In this document: piece after piece, positions 18,279-28,204 of the stretch
Position numbering within the stretch: position 1 is the first letter of the stretch
Layout of the letters: each line of letters opens with the position of its first letter
Origin: Candidatus Omnitrophota bacterium
Lineage (GTDB): Bacteria > Omnitrophota > Gorgyraeia > Zapsychrales > Zapsychraceae
Length of the DNA: 36,048 nt
Reading direction: 5' to 3'
NCBI GenBank assembly: GCA_015233495.1
Contig: JADFXQ010000017.1
Location: 1 to 36,048 of the forward strand
Notes under the pieces: generated by a model
Database searches by the model: none
The model's input: the letters and a program-made list of their open reading frames with translations, nothing else
Told to the model about the DNA's origin: nothing
Made by a program: the position numbers and the translations under genes

Positions 18279-19981
18279 TGCCATCAGCCAGCCACAAAAT
18301 CAATTCGGTTATGACCTTTATTTCGCGTAAATTTCCTCCCCAACTGCAATGGAGCCTGGCGATTGTTTTTTTGATTGCGGCGATTCTTCCGGTATTTGTT
18401 TACACCATGCATATCCGGCGTCCTTGGTTTGGGATTTTATCTAAGGACAAGCATCAGTGGAGCACGGCCAGCACGATGAAGTTTACGGAATATTGGCTGC
18501 GGGAAAGCCCGGCGAAATTGAAGTTTGGTTTGATTGAAAATCCGCGCTCGGTGGAAATGCCGACTTTGCAATCCCGGGTGCCTTATCAGTCGTATCCGCC
18601 GGGCACGATCATTGGGGTTTATATTTTTTGCCGGGTTCTGCATCGAGACCCGACCGCCGCCCTGGTAATGAGTTATAATTTGGCCAATCATTTGGCGGTT
18701 ACTATCGTCTTAGCGCTCACGGTGCTGTTCTTTTTTTATTTTCGCCGGGAAAATATTTTTTTGAGTTTTTTGTTCGCCCTGCTTCCCGCCGCGGTTTATT
18801 TGCTTTTGCCCGGGCCGTTGTATTATCATCAGAATGTTTTCTTTTCCGATGCCGCGATCATTTTGCCTTTCGCGTTAATCCTGTTTTTGGAGCTTTGCCG
18901 GGATAATTGCCGTTCCCCAAAAGCGCGGATGGTCATTGATGTTCTACTTACGCTGGTGTTCATCGGGGGCATTCTAACCGATTGGTTTATCTTGTGCGTG
19001 GCGGGATGTCTATTTGTTAAACGCTGGGTAACCGGGGAAATGCGCGGCGTTTCACTGCGGCAGACCGTGGGCCGGATTTTTTTATTTTGGCTGCCCTTTT
19101 TTACCGTGATCGCGGTTTTTATTTTACAGTTATACGTCCTGGGCATTTTGGGTAAAGTTAAAGAGCGGGTTGGAGAACATACCGGATTGTTTAAGGCAAA
19201 GGGCGAATTCAATTTTACGATTTTTTTCAAAGAAAAATTTTGGCCGGAGCATATCGTCGATTATTTTGGCCATTATGGCCCGGCGATTATCCAGGGGATG
19301 TTCGCTGCGCTGCTTATCCTTTTGGCCGCGCTGTTATTTTGCCGTATGACGCGGCGGCGCGTGCCGGATGCCGTCCGTCAGATCGCGGGCTTGGGGAGCT
19401 TGGCGTTGTTTCCCTGTTATCTTTACACCTACGCGCTGAAAGGCCACGCCGCGATTCATGGTTTTACCGCGATGAAATTCGCGATCCCGGTTTGCCTTAT
19501 GCTGTTTGTGCTGCTGCCGTATCTTTTTTTCTTTGTTCTGCCGTCGGAGCTATGGGGGCGGCGTCCCCATCCGCTGACGCTGTGGGTGTTGTTTTTAATT
19601 TGCGCCGCGTTAACGTTTGTCTATCTTAAAAAAGAACATCCTCGTTACGCTAAAATGTTTCCCGCGCCTTTTCCGCTGTTTGAGACGCTTGGCAAATTTT
19701 TTCGGGAAAATACCCTTTATCAGGATATGGTCTTTTCTCCTGACGGGATGATCGGGTTTAACCCGCCGCAATATCTGGCTTACACGGGGAAACGGATGTA
19801 TGAATTTCATAAGATTTGGCATATTTATTATATGACTCGGGAGATTCATGAACCCTTTGATATTGATATTATGATCATTGACCCGGCGAGCGTTGATGCG
19901 GAGTTGGCAGTTTTTCTTAAGCAAGCTTATGTGATGCGGCAATTAGGGCCGATGCGGCTTTATAAAATCCACGGTCAATAG
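18278..19981 (+). CDS. Polytopic membrane protein, GT-C (ArnT/PMT-like) glycosyltransferase candidate 1
   Basis: One N-terminal TM, a large external loop ending YQSYPPG, many further hydrophobic helices, TDW motif, soluble C-terminal domain. ATG overlaps the lpxI stop (TGATG); alternative start 18311. Confidence 0.6.
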   Translation: MPSASHKINSVMTFISRKFPPQLQWSLAIVFLIAAILPVFVYTMHIRRPWFGILSKDKHQWSTASTMKFTEYWLRESPAKLKFGLIENPRSVEMPTLQSRVPYQSYPPGTIIGVYIFCRVLHRDPTAALVMSYNLANHLAVTIVLALTVLFFFYFRRENIFLSFLFALLPAAVYLLLPGPLYYHQNVFFSDAAIILPFALILFLELCRDNCRSPKARMVIDVLLTLVFIGGILTDWFILCVAGCLFVKRWVTGEMRGVSLRQTVGRIFLFWLPFFTVIAVFILQLYVLGILGKVKERVGEHTGLFKAKGEFNFTIFFKEKFWPEHIVDYFGHYGPAIIQGMFAALLILLAALLFCRMTRRRVPDAVRQIAGLGSLALFPCYLYTYALKGHAAIHGFTAMKFAIPVCLMLFVLLPYLFFFVLPSELWGRRPHPLTLWVLFLICAALTFVYLKKEHPRYAKMFPAPFPLFETLGKFFRENTLYQDMVFSPDGMIGFNPPQYLAYTGKRMYEFHKIWHIYYMTREIHEPFDIDIMIIDPASVDAELAVFLKQAYVMRQLGPMRLYKIHGQ

Positions 19982-20028
19982 CCCGGCGGCGGGGATAATG
20001 GATCTGCGTTTTTTTTAAGGAAAAGGTT

Positions 20029-22644
20029 ATGGCACAGCGGTACGGACAACGCGCGCTTTGGCTGGCAGGCGCGTATATTTTTTTTATCAGTTTTTTATTT
20101 CTCAACGCGGCGAATCTGCGTTTTAACATGGCGCCCTGCCGGGTTTTTTTGTATCCGACGGACATTCAAGCAGGGGTCGCGGCCCTGCCTTTGCGCGAGC
20201 AGACCGAGCGTTTAGAAATGCGGCCGGCGAAAGATCATAAGCCGTTTCGGGATTTTTTTATCCGTCGTTTTAATATCATCATGCCCCCGGAGGAAGCTCT
20301 GCGGCTGCAACGGATTGATCTCGACATCGGGGGAAAGGTTTTTACTTTTTCCCGAGAGCAATTTTTAAAAGAATGGACTTGCGTTCACCAGGAGGGAAAA
20401 ATTTTATTTTTTTCTCCGGAGCAAAAATATTTGCGCCAATCCCGTTTTGCCCTGTACGGAGATCAAATGGTCAATTGGCGGGGAGACAGCCGGATTTGGG
20501 CTTGGGGAACGATTTGGTTTTTCTGCCTAGCCGTTATGCTGTTGGCCATTCGGAGTTTTTTTTCCCGGACAAAAGTCGGGAAAAAAATCGCCGCGGTTTT
20601 TGCGGCGTTCGGGCCGGGCGATGATCCCGGACTTACATCTCGGGCGTTATCGGCTTATCCCTTATTTTTTAGCGGCGGGTTGGTTTTTTTAGCCGGATGT
20701 TTATATTTTTTAGAAATGCGCTTTCCATATTATTTTTGCCAGGATGACAACCTGGTCCAGTTTTTGCCAGTGATGTTGCAGGGCCTGCGCGATTTTTTCC
20801 ATCAGGGGATTTTTCCCTCTTACGACCCGTTTCAGAATAACGGCATTCCCACGGCATCATTGGGATATTATGGTTTCACCTATCCTTTGACATATCTGGC
20901 GTATTTTTGCGCAGCGCAATTTCTGCATAACGAAATTTTATTGATTGATGTTTACGCGATAATTCATCTGATTGCGGGTTATAGCCTGTGTGTCCTATTT
21001 TTTCGCCGTTTAAACCTCCGGCCGTTGATCGGGGTTTTAGCCAGCCTGTCTTTTATCCTGTGCGGATATCACTTGATCGGCGGAAGGTCGTGGTATCATA
21101 TGTTTCCCGTGGCGCTTTGGTTCCCAGCGTTGATGCTTTTGTATCTGCATTTTCGGGAAAAGAGCCTGCATAGGACTTGGCCGGTCGCTGCCGGTTTAGT
21201 TGGCGGATTGTTGTTTCACGCCGGTAATTTTCAAATGTGGTTATATTGTATGGGTGTGTTTTATGTGTTGGCTTTCCTGCATATTTGCCGCGTTCCTGGC
21301 AGCCGGCTGAAAATTTTTCCGCTGATCGCGGCTCTTTTCTTTACCGGAGCGATTGTTCTGCCTTTTGTCGCGGTTACTGCCCGGGAAATTGCCGGAGTCA
21401 GCCGGTTTGGCGGGACCTCAACAGGCATTGAGGAAGGCTTGGCAGCTTTGTTTTTGCCGTATCCTTTGGCGCAGGCAGGCCTGGGTGGGTGGGGCAATGA
21501 GCACGTCGAGCGGATGGGGCATGTTTATTATAACGGTTCTTTGTTCAATATGATCTGGGCGGCAACTGTTTTGTGGTTGGGCTGGCTGGCACTGACTGGA
21601 ACGCGGCGCGCCGCGTTTTGGCAAAATTTTCGCGGGGATGCGGTCTGGTTGATTGCTTCTTTGGTTATTTTTTTGTTCGCCCTAGGGAACGCCGGGGTAT
21701 TATGGAATTGGCTGGCGATTCTGCCGGTTTTTCAGAAATTCAACTTGGCCTTTAAGTTTTTGCCTTTATTGAATTTTTTTATGATTACCACCGGGGCCTT
21801 GGCTTTGAATGCTTGGGTTACCAGATGGCGACGGGGGGAGCTATGGTTATATGTTGTAGCCGCGGTTGGCTTTGTTGGTTTAGGCTATCACGTGGCGCAG
21901 TGCCGGACCGCTTTTGCGACCTATGCGGACCAGCCGTTTCGGCCGTTTCCCGCGGAATTGAAAAAATTTTTTTCCACCGAAACTAACCGTTTTCCGCCGC
22001 GGGTGTGCACAGTCGGTTTTGAAAGATCTTACTCCAGCGGCTATCTGGATTCTTTGCCGTTGAACATCCCGACGGCGCATAAAATTTTGGCTTTTCACGG
22101 ATATGAACCTTTAGTCAGCCGTAAAGAAATCACCAAAGAAAATTTCCGGCAATACGGGGTGCGCTATGTGCTGGTGAGCACCCTCGGCCAGACGGATATG
22201 AAAGCGCCTTATTTTGAAATGCCCAGATTTCTCGACGTCGAAGGAGAGACGCGTTTTTCGGCGTTTTTGATTTTAAGTTTAAAAGAGCCGATGCCCATGG
22301 CTTTTGTCGCGGGATATCCGCGGGTCGCGCTGCCGGTTGAATATAGCGCGGCTGGGGCGCGCATAACAACTCCGGCTGTCAACACGCGGATGGATGTGGT
22401 GGTCAATTTGCAGTTCCGCAAATTTTTTCTGGCGTTTTCCGGGAAGCGGGCCTTGAAGGTTCAGCCAGATGATTGGGAACGGGTTTTGGTGAAAGATTGT
22501 CCGCCGGGAACAAAAATTGATCTGCTTTATTTGCCGCCTTGGGGAAAATATTTTGGCGGGAGCCTCTTGTGTTTTACGGCGGGATTCGTTATGATTTTAG
22601 GATACGGCAGACGGCGCAAGGCGGACCGCGAACCGGATGTTTGA
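20029..22644 (+). CDS. Large polytopic membrane protein, YfhO-like GT-C glycosyltransferase candidate 2
   Basis: Acidic loop motif QDDNLVQFLP, then P-x-YDPF-x3-GIP and YPL as in YfhO-like proteins; many TM helices; FHGYEPL and YGVRYV in the external domain; final TM. Confidence 0.7.
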   Translation: MAQRYGQRALWLAGAYIFFISFLFLNAANLRFNMAPCRVFLYPTDIQAGVAALPLREQTERLEMRPAKDHKPFRDFFIRRFNIIMPPEEALRLQRIDLDIGGKVFTFSREQFLKEWTCVHQEGKILFFSPEQKYLRQSRFALYGDQMVNWRGDSRIWAWGTIWFFCLAVMLLAIRSFFSRTKVGKKIAAVFAAFGPGDDPGLTSRALSAYPLFFSGGLVFLAGCLYFLEMRFPYYFCQDDNLVQFLPVMLQGLRDFFHQGIFPSYDPFQNNGIPTASLGYYGFTYPLTYLAYFCAAQFLHNEILLIDVYAIIHLIAGYSLCVLFFRRLNLRPLIGVLASLSFILCGYHLIGGRSWYHMFPVALWFPALMLLYLHFREKSLHRTWPVAAGLVGGLLFHAGNFQMWLYCMGVFYVLAFLHICRVPGSRLKIFPLIAALFFTGAIVLPFVAVTAREIAGVSRFGGTSTGIEEGLAALFLPYPLAQAGLGGWGNEHVERMGHVYYNGSLFNMIWAATVLWLGWLALTGTRRAAFWQNFRGDAVWLIASLVIFLFALGNAGVLWNWLAILPVFQKFNLAFKFLPLLNFFMITTGALALNAWVTRWRRGELWLYVVAAVGFVGLGYHVAQCRTAFATYADQPFRPFPAELKKFFSTETNRFPPRVCTVGFERSYSSGYLDSLPLNIPTAHKILAFHGYEPLVSRKEITKENFRQYGVRYVLVSTLGQTDMKAPYFEMPRFLDVEGETRFSAFLILSLKEPMPMAFVAGYPRVALPVEYSAAGARITTPAVNTRMDVVVNLQFRKFFLAFSGKRALKVQPDDWERVLVKDCPPGTKIDLLYLPPWGKYFGGSLLCFTAGFVMILGYGRRRKADREPDV

Positions 22645-22714
22645 GACCGCGCGCTTTAACGGTTGACGGCGAAATAGAGCTGGTAATCGCAGGGCGGGAG
22701 AAAGATATTTTTTC

Positions 22715-24532
22715 ATGAATAGAAAATTAGCTATTTTTATCAGTTTGATTTTGATCGCGTTATTCGGGTTTAAGGATGTGTTGATCCTGGCTTTTTCCCA
22801 ATGGCCGCATCTGACTCCGGTGGTGGGAACGCCGACTTTAACTTTTGAGGAGGTTTATGGCTACCTGCCGTTCGTGAACGCTTTTGCTTTTCTGCATCCG
22901 CTCCCAGCCGCGCCGATGGCGGATCCGCAGTTATCGGCGTTGACGTTTTTTCCGCCGCTGACCACGCTGATCACCGGGATGATTTATCAGTTTGTCTGCG
23001 GGGCAAACCCGGACGCTTATCTGCTCGTGATGCACGTCGTTTTTCCTTTGGCCTCGTTTTGGCTGTTGTATTTATTTTTCCTTCGGTATGTTTCGGTTTC
23101 TTGGGCGGTGCTCTTGGCCTTTTTTGGCCTGACTTTCTATAATAATTTTTCTTCTTTGGGGTATTACGCGCAGCTGGGGCGCGACTCCGGAGCTTGGTTG
23201 TCCTTGGCCAGTTTGACGCCGTTGGAGATAACCCGCAGCCCGTCACCGAGTTTCACCTTTTTTGTTTTTATGCTTTGTTTTTATATCACCACGGCCAATT
23301 ACAAATTGAGTTTACGGCGTTCGCTGTTTTTTACCGCGCTGTGGGCGTTGAACATTTATATTTATCTATTTAATTTTTTAGCCGGCATATTGTTCTGGTT
23401 CTTGTATTTGGTGTTAGCGCAGGTTATCCGAGAAAAACGCTGGGCGACCCGCAAATTGTTCCTCGGTTTGGCGCTGAACGGGGTTTTAGTTTTAATGTTG
23501 GTTTTGCCTTATTTGCTCAAATTCAGCGCGGCCAGCAATCTCGACTGGGGGATGATTCGGAATATGGGGATTGACAACCGCAATGACGGTTTGATCGTTA
23601 ATGATTGGGGTATCGCCTTGTCGTATGTTCTCCCGATATTTTTGTGCGGTCTATTGATCCGGTTTTATTGTCAGGATTATTATGAATTGTTTTATCGTTT
23701 CGGCCCGGTTTTTGTTATGATTGGCGTCGAAATTATCATTTTGAACCTCCATATGATACTTGGGAAGTTTTTTCAAACGCAATTGTTTTCCCTGCGGATC
23801 GGAAATTTTTTCACCCGCTATCTTTATTATTTGCCGTTTATTTATTTTTTTACCGCGCCGGTGAAATTGCTCTACCATAACCCCAGGAAAAACGCCGTCC
23901 TGCGGGTTTTTTATGATTTGATTAACCGTTGGATTATCCAACAACGGCATATTATTGCGGCGGCTGGCATGGCGGCGATCGGCGTAATTATTTTAGCTTC
24001 CGGGATCAAATATTATCAGTTTCATGAGTGCGCTACGGCGCGCCGCATGGAGCTTTTGGAACAGCGGGTCTTGACTGCCGTAAGTCGGTTTACCCCGCGC
24101 CGGGGAGTGATTGTTTTTGAGGATTTGGCGGCGAATTTGTATCTTCCGGTACGGACTTCGTTTTCCACGCTGCTGGTGAGTTCGTTTAGCAATCATGTAC
24201 CGCGGGAAGAAATTATTGATCGTTTGTTGTTGTACGCGAAGATTTTTTCCTGGGATCAAAAACGTCTTTTGGATTTTATGCTTCCTGCCCCTTGGCTCAA
24301 GGTGATGTACGAACGAAATGATTTTGTTTTCAGCGACAGCACTTTGGAAAAAGGGTTTGGTTATTGGTTGGTTTGGCACCGGAATAAATTGAGCGACGTG
24401 AAACTTCGGGAATACGCGGCGTTTTTGTCAGAACGCTATCTGAAAATTGATACTGCCGCTTTAAAACAAAAGTTTCAGGTGGTGGACGTGGTTTACGATC
24501 AGGGAAGCCCGGCGGCGGAGTGCAAACGTTAG
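22715..24532 (+). CDS. Polytopic membrane protein, GT-C-like candidate 3
   Basis: N-terminal TM, loop with TFEEVYGY acidic pair, TRSPSP, many Phe/Tyr-rich TM helices, soluble C-terminal domain. Confidence 0.5.
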   Translation: MNRKLAIFISLILIALFGFKDVLILAFSQWPHLTPVVGTPTLTFEEVYGYLPFVNAFAFLHPLPAAPMADPQLSALTFFPPLTTLITGMIYQFVCGANPDAYLLVMHVVFPLASFWLLYLFFLRYVSVSWAVLLAFFGLTFYNNFSSLGYYAQLGRDSGAWLSLASLTPLEITRSPSPSFTFFVFMLCFYITTANYKLSLRRSLFFTALWALNIYIYLFNFLAGILFWFLYLVLAQVIREKRWATRKLFLGLALNGVLVLMLVLPYLLKFSAASNLDWGMIRNMGIDNRNDGLIVNDWGIALSYVLPIFLCGLLIRFYCQDYYELFYRFGPVFVMIGVEIIILNLHMILGKFFQTQLFSLRIGNFFTRYLYYLPFIYFFTAPVKLLYHNPRKNAVLRVFYDLINRWIIQQRHIIAAAGMAAIGVIILASGIKYYQFHECATARRMELLEQRVLTAVSRFTPRRGVIVFEDLAANLYLPVRTSFSTLLVSSFSNHVPREEIIDRLLLYAKIFSWDQKRLLDFMLPAPWLKVMYERNDFVFSDSTLEKGFGYWLVWHRNKLSDVKLREYAAFLSERYLKIDTAALKQKFQVVDVVYDQGSPAAECKR

Positions 24533-24571
24533 ACGGCGGCGGTTCTGCCGGCGGAGTGCAAGGGGAGGTTT

Positions 24572-25618
24572 ATGCTAGCGGCAGTGGTCACCGGTTTGCA
24601 AACAATGGTCATGCAAGAGGTTCCGGTCCCGGAAATCGACGCCGAATCGATTTTATTAAAGGTCGAGGCGTGTTCGATTTGCGGTTCGGATATTCGGATC
24701 TTGGCGAGCGGCAATCCGCGGGTGCGCTATCCGGCCGTGATCGGTCATGAAATGGCAGGCTCGATCGCCGCGGTCGGAAAACAAGTCCGCGGTTTTGCCA
24801 TCGGGGACCGCATCGCTATCGGCGCGGATGTGCCTTGCGGGGTTTGCGATTGGTGCCGCAACGATCAAGGGAATTGCTGTGATACCAATTACGCAATGGG
24901 TTATCAATTCGCCGGCGGATTCGCGGAATATTGTTTGTTAAATCCCGTGGTGGTCAAGTACGGGCCGATTGCGCCGGTCCCGGCTTCGGTGACCGCAGAA
25001 GAAGCGGCTTTGGCCGAGCCTTTGGCTTGTTGTTTAAACGGATATGAGCGCGTGTTTTTTTCTCCGGGAAAAAGCGTGCTCATTATTGGGGCGGGGCCGG
25101 TAGGTTTGATGCTGCTGCAATTGGCCCGGAGTTTTAAGGCGTCGGTGAGGGCGGTTGCCGACGTGGAACCGTTTCGTCTAGCTTACGCCAAAAAATTTTC
25201 TCCGGATTTCATTTTCGATTCTCGGACAACAGACCTCATCGCGGCGGGACAAGCCGCCACGAACGGCAAAGGATTCGATGTGATCTTTACCGCTTGCGCG
25301 GTGCCGGAAGTTCAGGAACAGGCCCTGCGTTTGGTCGCGAAACGGGGATGCGTTAATCTGTTCGGCGGTTTGGCGAAAAACAGCCGGCCGATCGCGGTAA
25401 TTTCCAATGATATTCATTATCGCGAGGCATATGTCACGGGTTCGCACGGGTCTTTGCCCCGGCAGCACAAACAAGCGCTGGATTTGATTGCTCGGCGGGA
25501 AATCGATGTGGCGTCATTGATAACTCACCGTTTTCCTTTAGCGGATATTCAGGAGGCGTTTCAAACGGCGCAGCAGAAGACTAGTATGAAGGTGGTAATA
25601 AGTGACATGAAACAATAA
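24572..25618 (+). CDS. Zn-dependent polyol (L-iditol/sorbitol-type) dehydrogenase, MDR family
   Basis: ICGSD, GHE, structural Zn CGVCDWCRNDQGNCC, EPLACC, GAGPVG. Confidence 0.88.
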   Translation: MLAAVVTGLQTMVMQEVPVPEIDAESILLKVEACSICGSDIRILASGNPRVRYPAVIGHEMAGSIAAVGKQVRGFAIGDRIAIGADVPCGVCDWCRNDQGNCCDTNYAMGYQFAGGFAEYCLLNPVVVKYGPIAPVPASVTAEEAALAEPLACCLNGYERVFFSPGKSVLIIGAGPVGLMLLQLARSFKASVRAVADVEPFRLAYAKKFSPDFIFDSRTTDLIAAGQAATNGKGFDVIFTACAVPEVQEQALRLVAKRGCVNLFGGLAKNSRPIAVISNDIHYREAYVTGSHGSLPRQHKQALDLIARREIDVASLITHRFPLADIQEAFQTAQQKTSMKVVISDMKQ

Positions 25619-25763
25619 AGGTATATATGGTCTCGAGTATCGGAAGTTTGCTATTGGCGGTCAAAATGGAAATCGCGATAGTTTAAAGGCCTCCCTGTCA
25701 GGCAGACGCGCGGGTTTGCCATTGATATGCCTTTTAAGTGGAATGATGTTATGAGGATGATAA

Positions 25764-26471
25764 ATGGCAGATAATAAAATTTTTATAACTGCTTCGATCA
25801 TGTGCGCTAATTGGATGCATTTGGAAGCAGATTTGCGTGCGCTGGAAGCTGGCGGGGTGGATTATCTGCATTATGATGTCATGGACGGGTTTTTCTGTCC
25901 GGATTATTGTTTGGGCACCCAGATTATCAATGAGATCCGGGCTAACACTTCTTTGGCCGCGGATTATCATTTGATGATTGAAGAGCCGGCCCGGATTTTA
26001 GATAATTTTCAAGCCAATGACGGCGACCGTCTCTCCATTCATTATGAGGCTTGCCGCAATTTGCACCGCGATCTGGTCCGGCTGCGGCAAAAGGGATTTA
26101 AGCCGGGAGTGATCCTTAATCCGGCGACGCCGCTTAACGCGATTGAATATGTGATCGAAGAAGTCGATACCGTGACCATTATGACGGTTAATCCCGGATT
26201 CAAAGGCCAGAAATTGGTGCCGCAGATGATTAAAAAAATTGAAAAATTGGACGAATGGCGGCGGAAAGATCAATTAAATTTTCAGATCTGCGTAGACGGC
26301 AATGTAAATCAGGACAGTATCCCGGCGATGGTGGAAGCGGGTGGAGATATTCTGGTCGGCGGGTCTTCCGGGCTTTTCCTTAAAAACCGGCCGTTGGCCG
26401 AATCTTTAGCGGGGATAAAGAACTTGGTGGCGGCTGGGCTTAAACTGCGGGAAGCGAGGGTGGGAGGATGA
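25764..26471 (+). CDS. Ketose-phosphate 3-epimerase of the Rpe family, D-allulose-6-phosphate 3-epimerase (AlsE)-like
   Basis: HYDVMDG, DYHLM, LNPATP, MTVNPGF, VDGNVN and GSSGLF. The last three look more like AlsE than housekeeping Rpe (MSVNPGF, VDGG). Confidence 0.85.
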   Translation: MADNKIFITASIMCANWMHLEADLRALEAGGVDYLHYDVMDGFFCPDYCLGTQIINEIRANTSLAADYHLMIEEPARILDNFQANDGDRLSIHYEACRNLHRDLVRLRQKGFKPGVILNPATPLNAIEYVIEEVDTVTIMTVNPGFKGQKLVPQMIKKIEKLDEWRRKDQLNFQICVDGNVNQDSIPAMVEAGGDILVGGSSGLFLKNRPLAESLAGIKNLVAAGLKLREARVGG

Positions 26472-27376
26472 ATGTCCGTTTGGGGATCAATACCGGTTTT
26501 GCTGTGAATCGTTACCCGGCGCCGCGGCAATGGGTGCCATTGATCGGGAAAACTTTAGGTTTGAAAATCGTCCAATTGACCGCGGATCTTTTGAACCCAT
26601 CCTGGCCGGAAGACATTATCGAAGGCCAGGTTAGGGAAATTCAAAGTTTGAGCGAGCAATATGGCGTCAAGGTGCGGCAAACTTTTACCGGAGCGTTTAC
26701 TCGGCTTAACCATTTGGCTTATCCGGACGCCGCGCTGCGGGAATATTGGGTGAAATGGTTTTGCCGGTTCGCGGATATTTCCGCAGCCTTGGGCGCCGAA
26801 AGTATGGGGAGCCATTTCGGCATTTTAACAACGGAAGATTATGACGACCCCAGGAAACGGCAGGAACGTTTTGAACAGAACGTCGACGGCTGGCGGAGGA
26901 TATCCGAGCACGCGCAGGGTTGCGGGCTTCAGTATTTGACTTGGGAGCCGATGTCGATCGGCCGGGAGATGGGAGAGACGATTCCAGAAACCCAACGCAT
27001 TCACGCGCGGGTCAACGCGGTAACGGCGATCCCGATGAAATTATGTTTGGACGTTGATCATGGCGATGTTGCCTCCCCGGATCCGGATGATACGGATCCT
27101 TTGGCTTGGATTCGGAATTTTGGAGCCGAAGCGCCGATTATTCATATTAAGCAGACTTCGCGTAACAAAGGCGGGCATTGGCCGTTCACGCCGGAGCACA
27201 ATCAGAACGGGCGGATCACGCCGGGCGTGCTGATTCAGGCGCTGGAAGAAAGCGGCGCTCAGGATGTTACGCTGCTTTTGGAGTTGAGTTTCCGCGAACG
27301 CCAGCCTTTTGACAGCCGGGTGGTGGACGATATCCGGGCTTCGATTGATTTTTGGCGGCCGTATGTAGTTATTTAA
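26468..27376 (+). CDS. EryC-like ketose-1-phosphate 3-epimerase (xylose isomerase-like TIM barrel)
   Basis: VNRY, NPSWP, RLNHL, WEPMSIGRE, DVDHGD, IIHIKQ, KGGHWPFT and LELSFRER match motifs I recall from D-erythrulose-1-phosphate 3-epimerase EryC; ATGA overlap with the upstream gene. Confidence 0.8.
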   Translation: MNVRLGINTGFAVNRYPAPRQWVPLIGKTLGLKIVQLTADLLNPSWPEDIIEGQVREIQSLSEQYGVKVRQTFTGAFTRLNHLAYPDAALREYWVKWFCRFADISAALGAESMGSHFGILTTEDYDDPRKRQERFEQNVDGWRRISEHAQGCGLQYLTWEPMSIGREMGETIPETQRIHARVNAVTAIPMKLCLDVDHGDVASPDPDDTDPLAWIRNFGAEAPIIHIKQTSRNKGGHWPFTPEHNQNGRITPGVLIQALEESGAQDVTLLLELSFRERQPFDSRVVDDIRASIDFWRPYVVI

Positions 27377-27433
27377 TTAAGGGCGTTGCATGCATTTTAA
27401 ATGGGTTAGCGAGGAAAAAAAGGGTTATTTTGT

Positions 27434-28204
27434 ATGAGAATTATTATTCCCATGGCGGGGCATTCCCGTCGATTTCAGAAAGCTGGCTATGCTCTGCCGA
27501 AACCGTTTATTCCGATTGACGGCGTGCCGATGATTCAGCGGGTCTGCCGGATGTTTTCGCCTACGGATGAATTTATTTTTATCTGCCAGCAAGCGCATGC
27601 CGCGCGTCCTGACTTCGCTAAAATATTAAACGACGCGGCCCAGCATACCCGGATCATTCCCATCGTGCCGCATGAGTTTGGCCCGGTGTACAGCGCGCTG
27701 AAGGCGGCGTCCTATATCGAAGACCGCGCCGCGCCGTTGATTTTAACTTATTGTGATTTTACTTTGCTTTGGAATTATCCGCGGTTTTTGCGGCAGGCCG
27801 CGCAGTATGAGGGCGCGATCCCGGTGTTCCGGGGATTTCATCCCGCTTCGTTTGGCGACACTTATTATGCGTATGTCCGGGCGAATGAAGCCGGAGAAAT
27901 GTTGGAATTGCGGGAAAAACAATCCTTCACGGAAAATCGTGCGGAGGAATACGCTTCTACCGGAGTTTATTATTTTGAGAGCTGGAATCTTTTTGAAAAA
28001 TACGGCGAGGAATTACTGCGGCTTAAATTTGCGGCGGGCGCGGAATATTACGCCAGTCTGATTTATAATTTATTGGTCCGCGACGGGCATAAAGTCTCGG
28101 TGTATGAAGCGGAAAAATTTATCTGCTGGGGCACGCCGGAAGACTTGGCGGAGTACCGGTTTTGGTCCGAGTATTTTGGCATTTGTCATTTTAATCAAAT
28201 ATGA
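27434..28204 (+). CDS. Sugar-phosphate nucleotidyltransferase, BcbE-like, copy A
   Basis: IIIPMAGHSRRF, PKPFI, YCD, LREK, STGVYYF, EYY, WGTPEDL. Confidence 0.85.
   Translation: MRIIIPMAGHSRRFQKAGYALPKPFIPIDGVPMIQRVCRMFSPTDEFIFICQQAHAARPDFAKILNDAAQHTRIIPIVPHEFGPVYSALKAASYIEDRAAPLILTYCDFTLLWNYPRFLRQAAQYEGAIPVFRGFHPASFGDTYYAYVRANEAGEMLELREKQSFTENRAEEYASTGVYYFESWNLFEKYGEELLRLKFAAGAEYYASLIYNLLVRDGHKVSVYEAEKFICWGTPEDLAEYRFWSEYFGICHFNQI

Noticed and set aside
18278..24532. Phase variation at poly-T runs in membrane protein genes
   Set aside because: The runs are short, explained by Phe/Leu codons, and all frames are intact.
25660..25735. Weak hairpin between the dehydrogenase and the epimerase
   Set aside because: Imperfect pairing with no riboswitch or terminator signature that I can support.
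24572..27376. Erythritol or allose catabolic operon
   Set aside because: No kinase, isomerase, transporter or repressor, and the genes sit among glycan biosynthesis genes. It cannot be fully excluded if partners are elsewhere.
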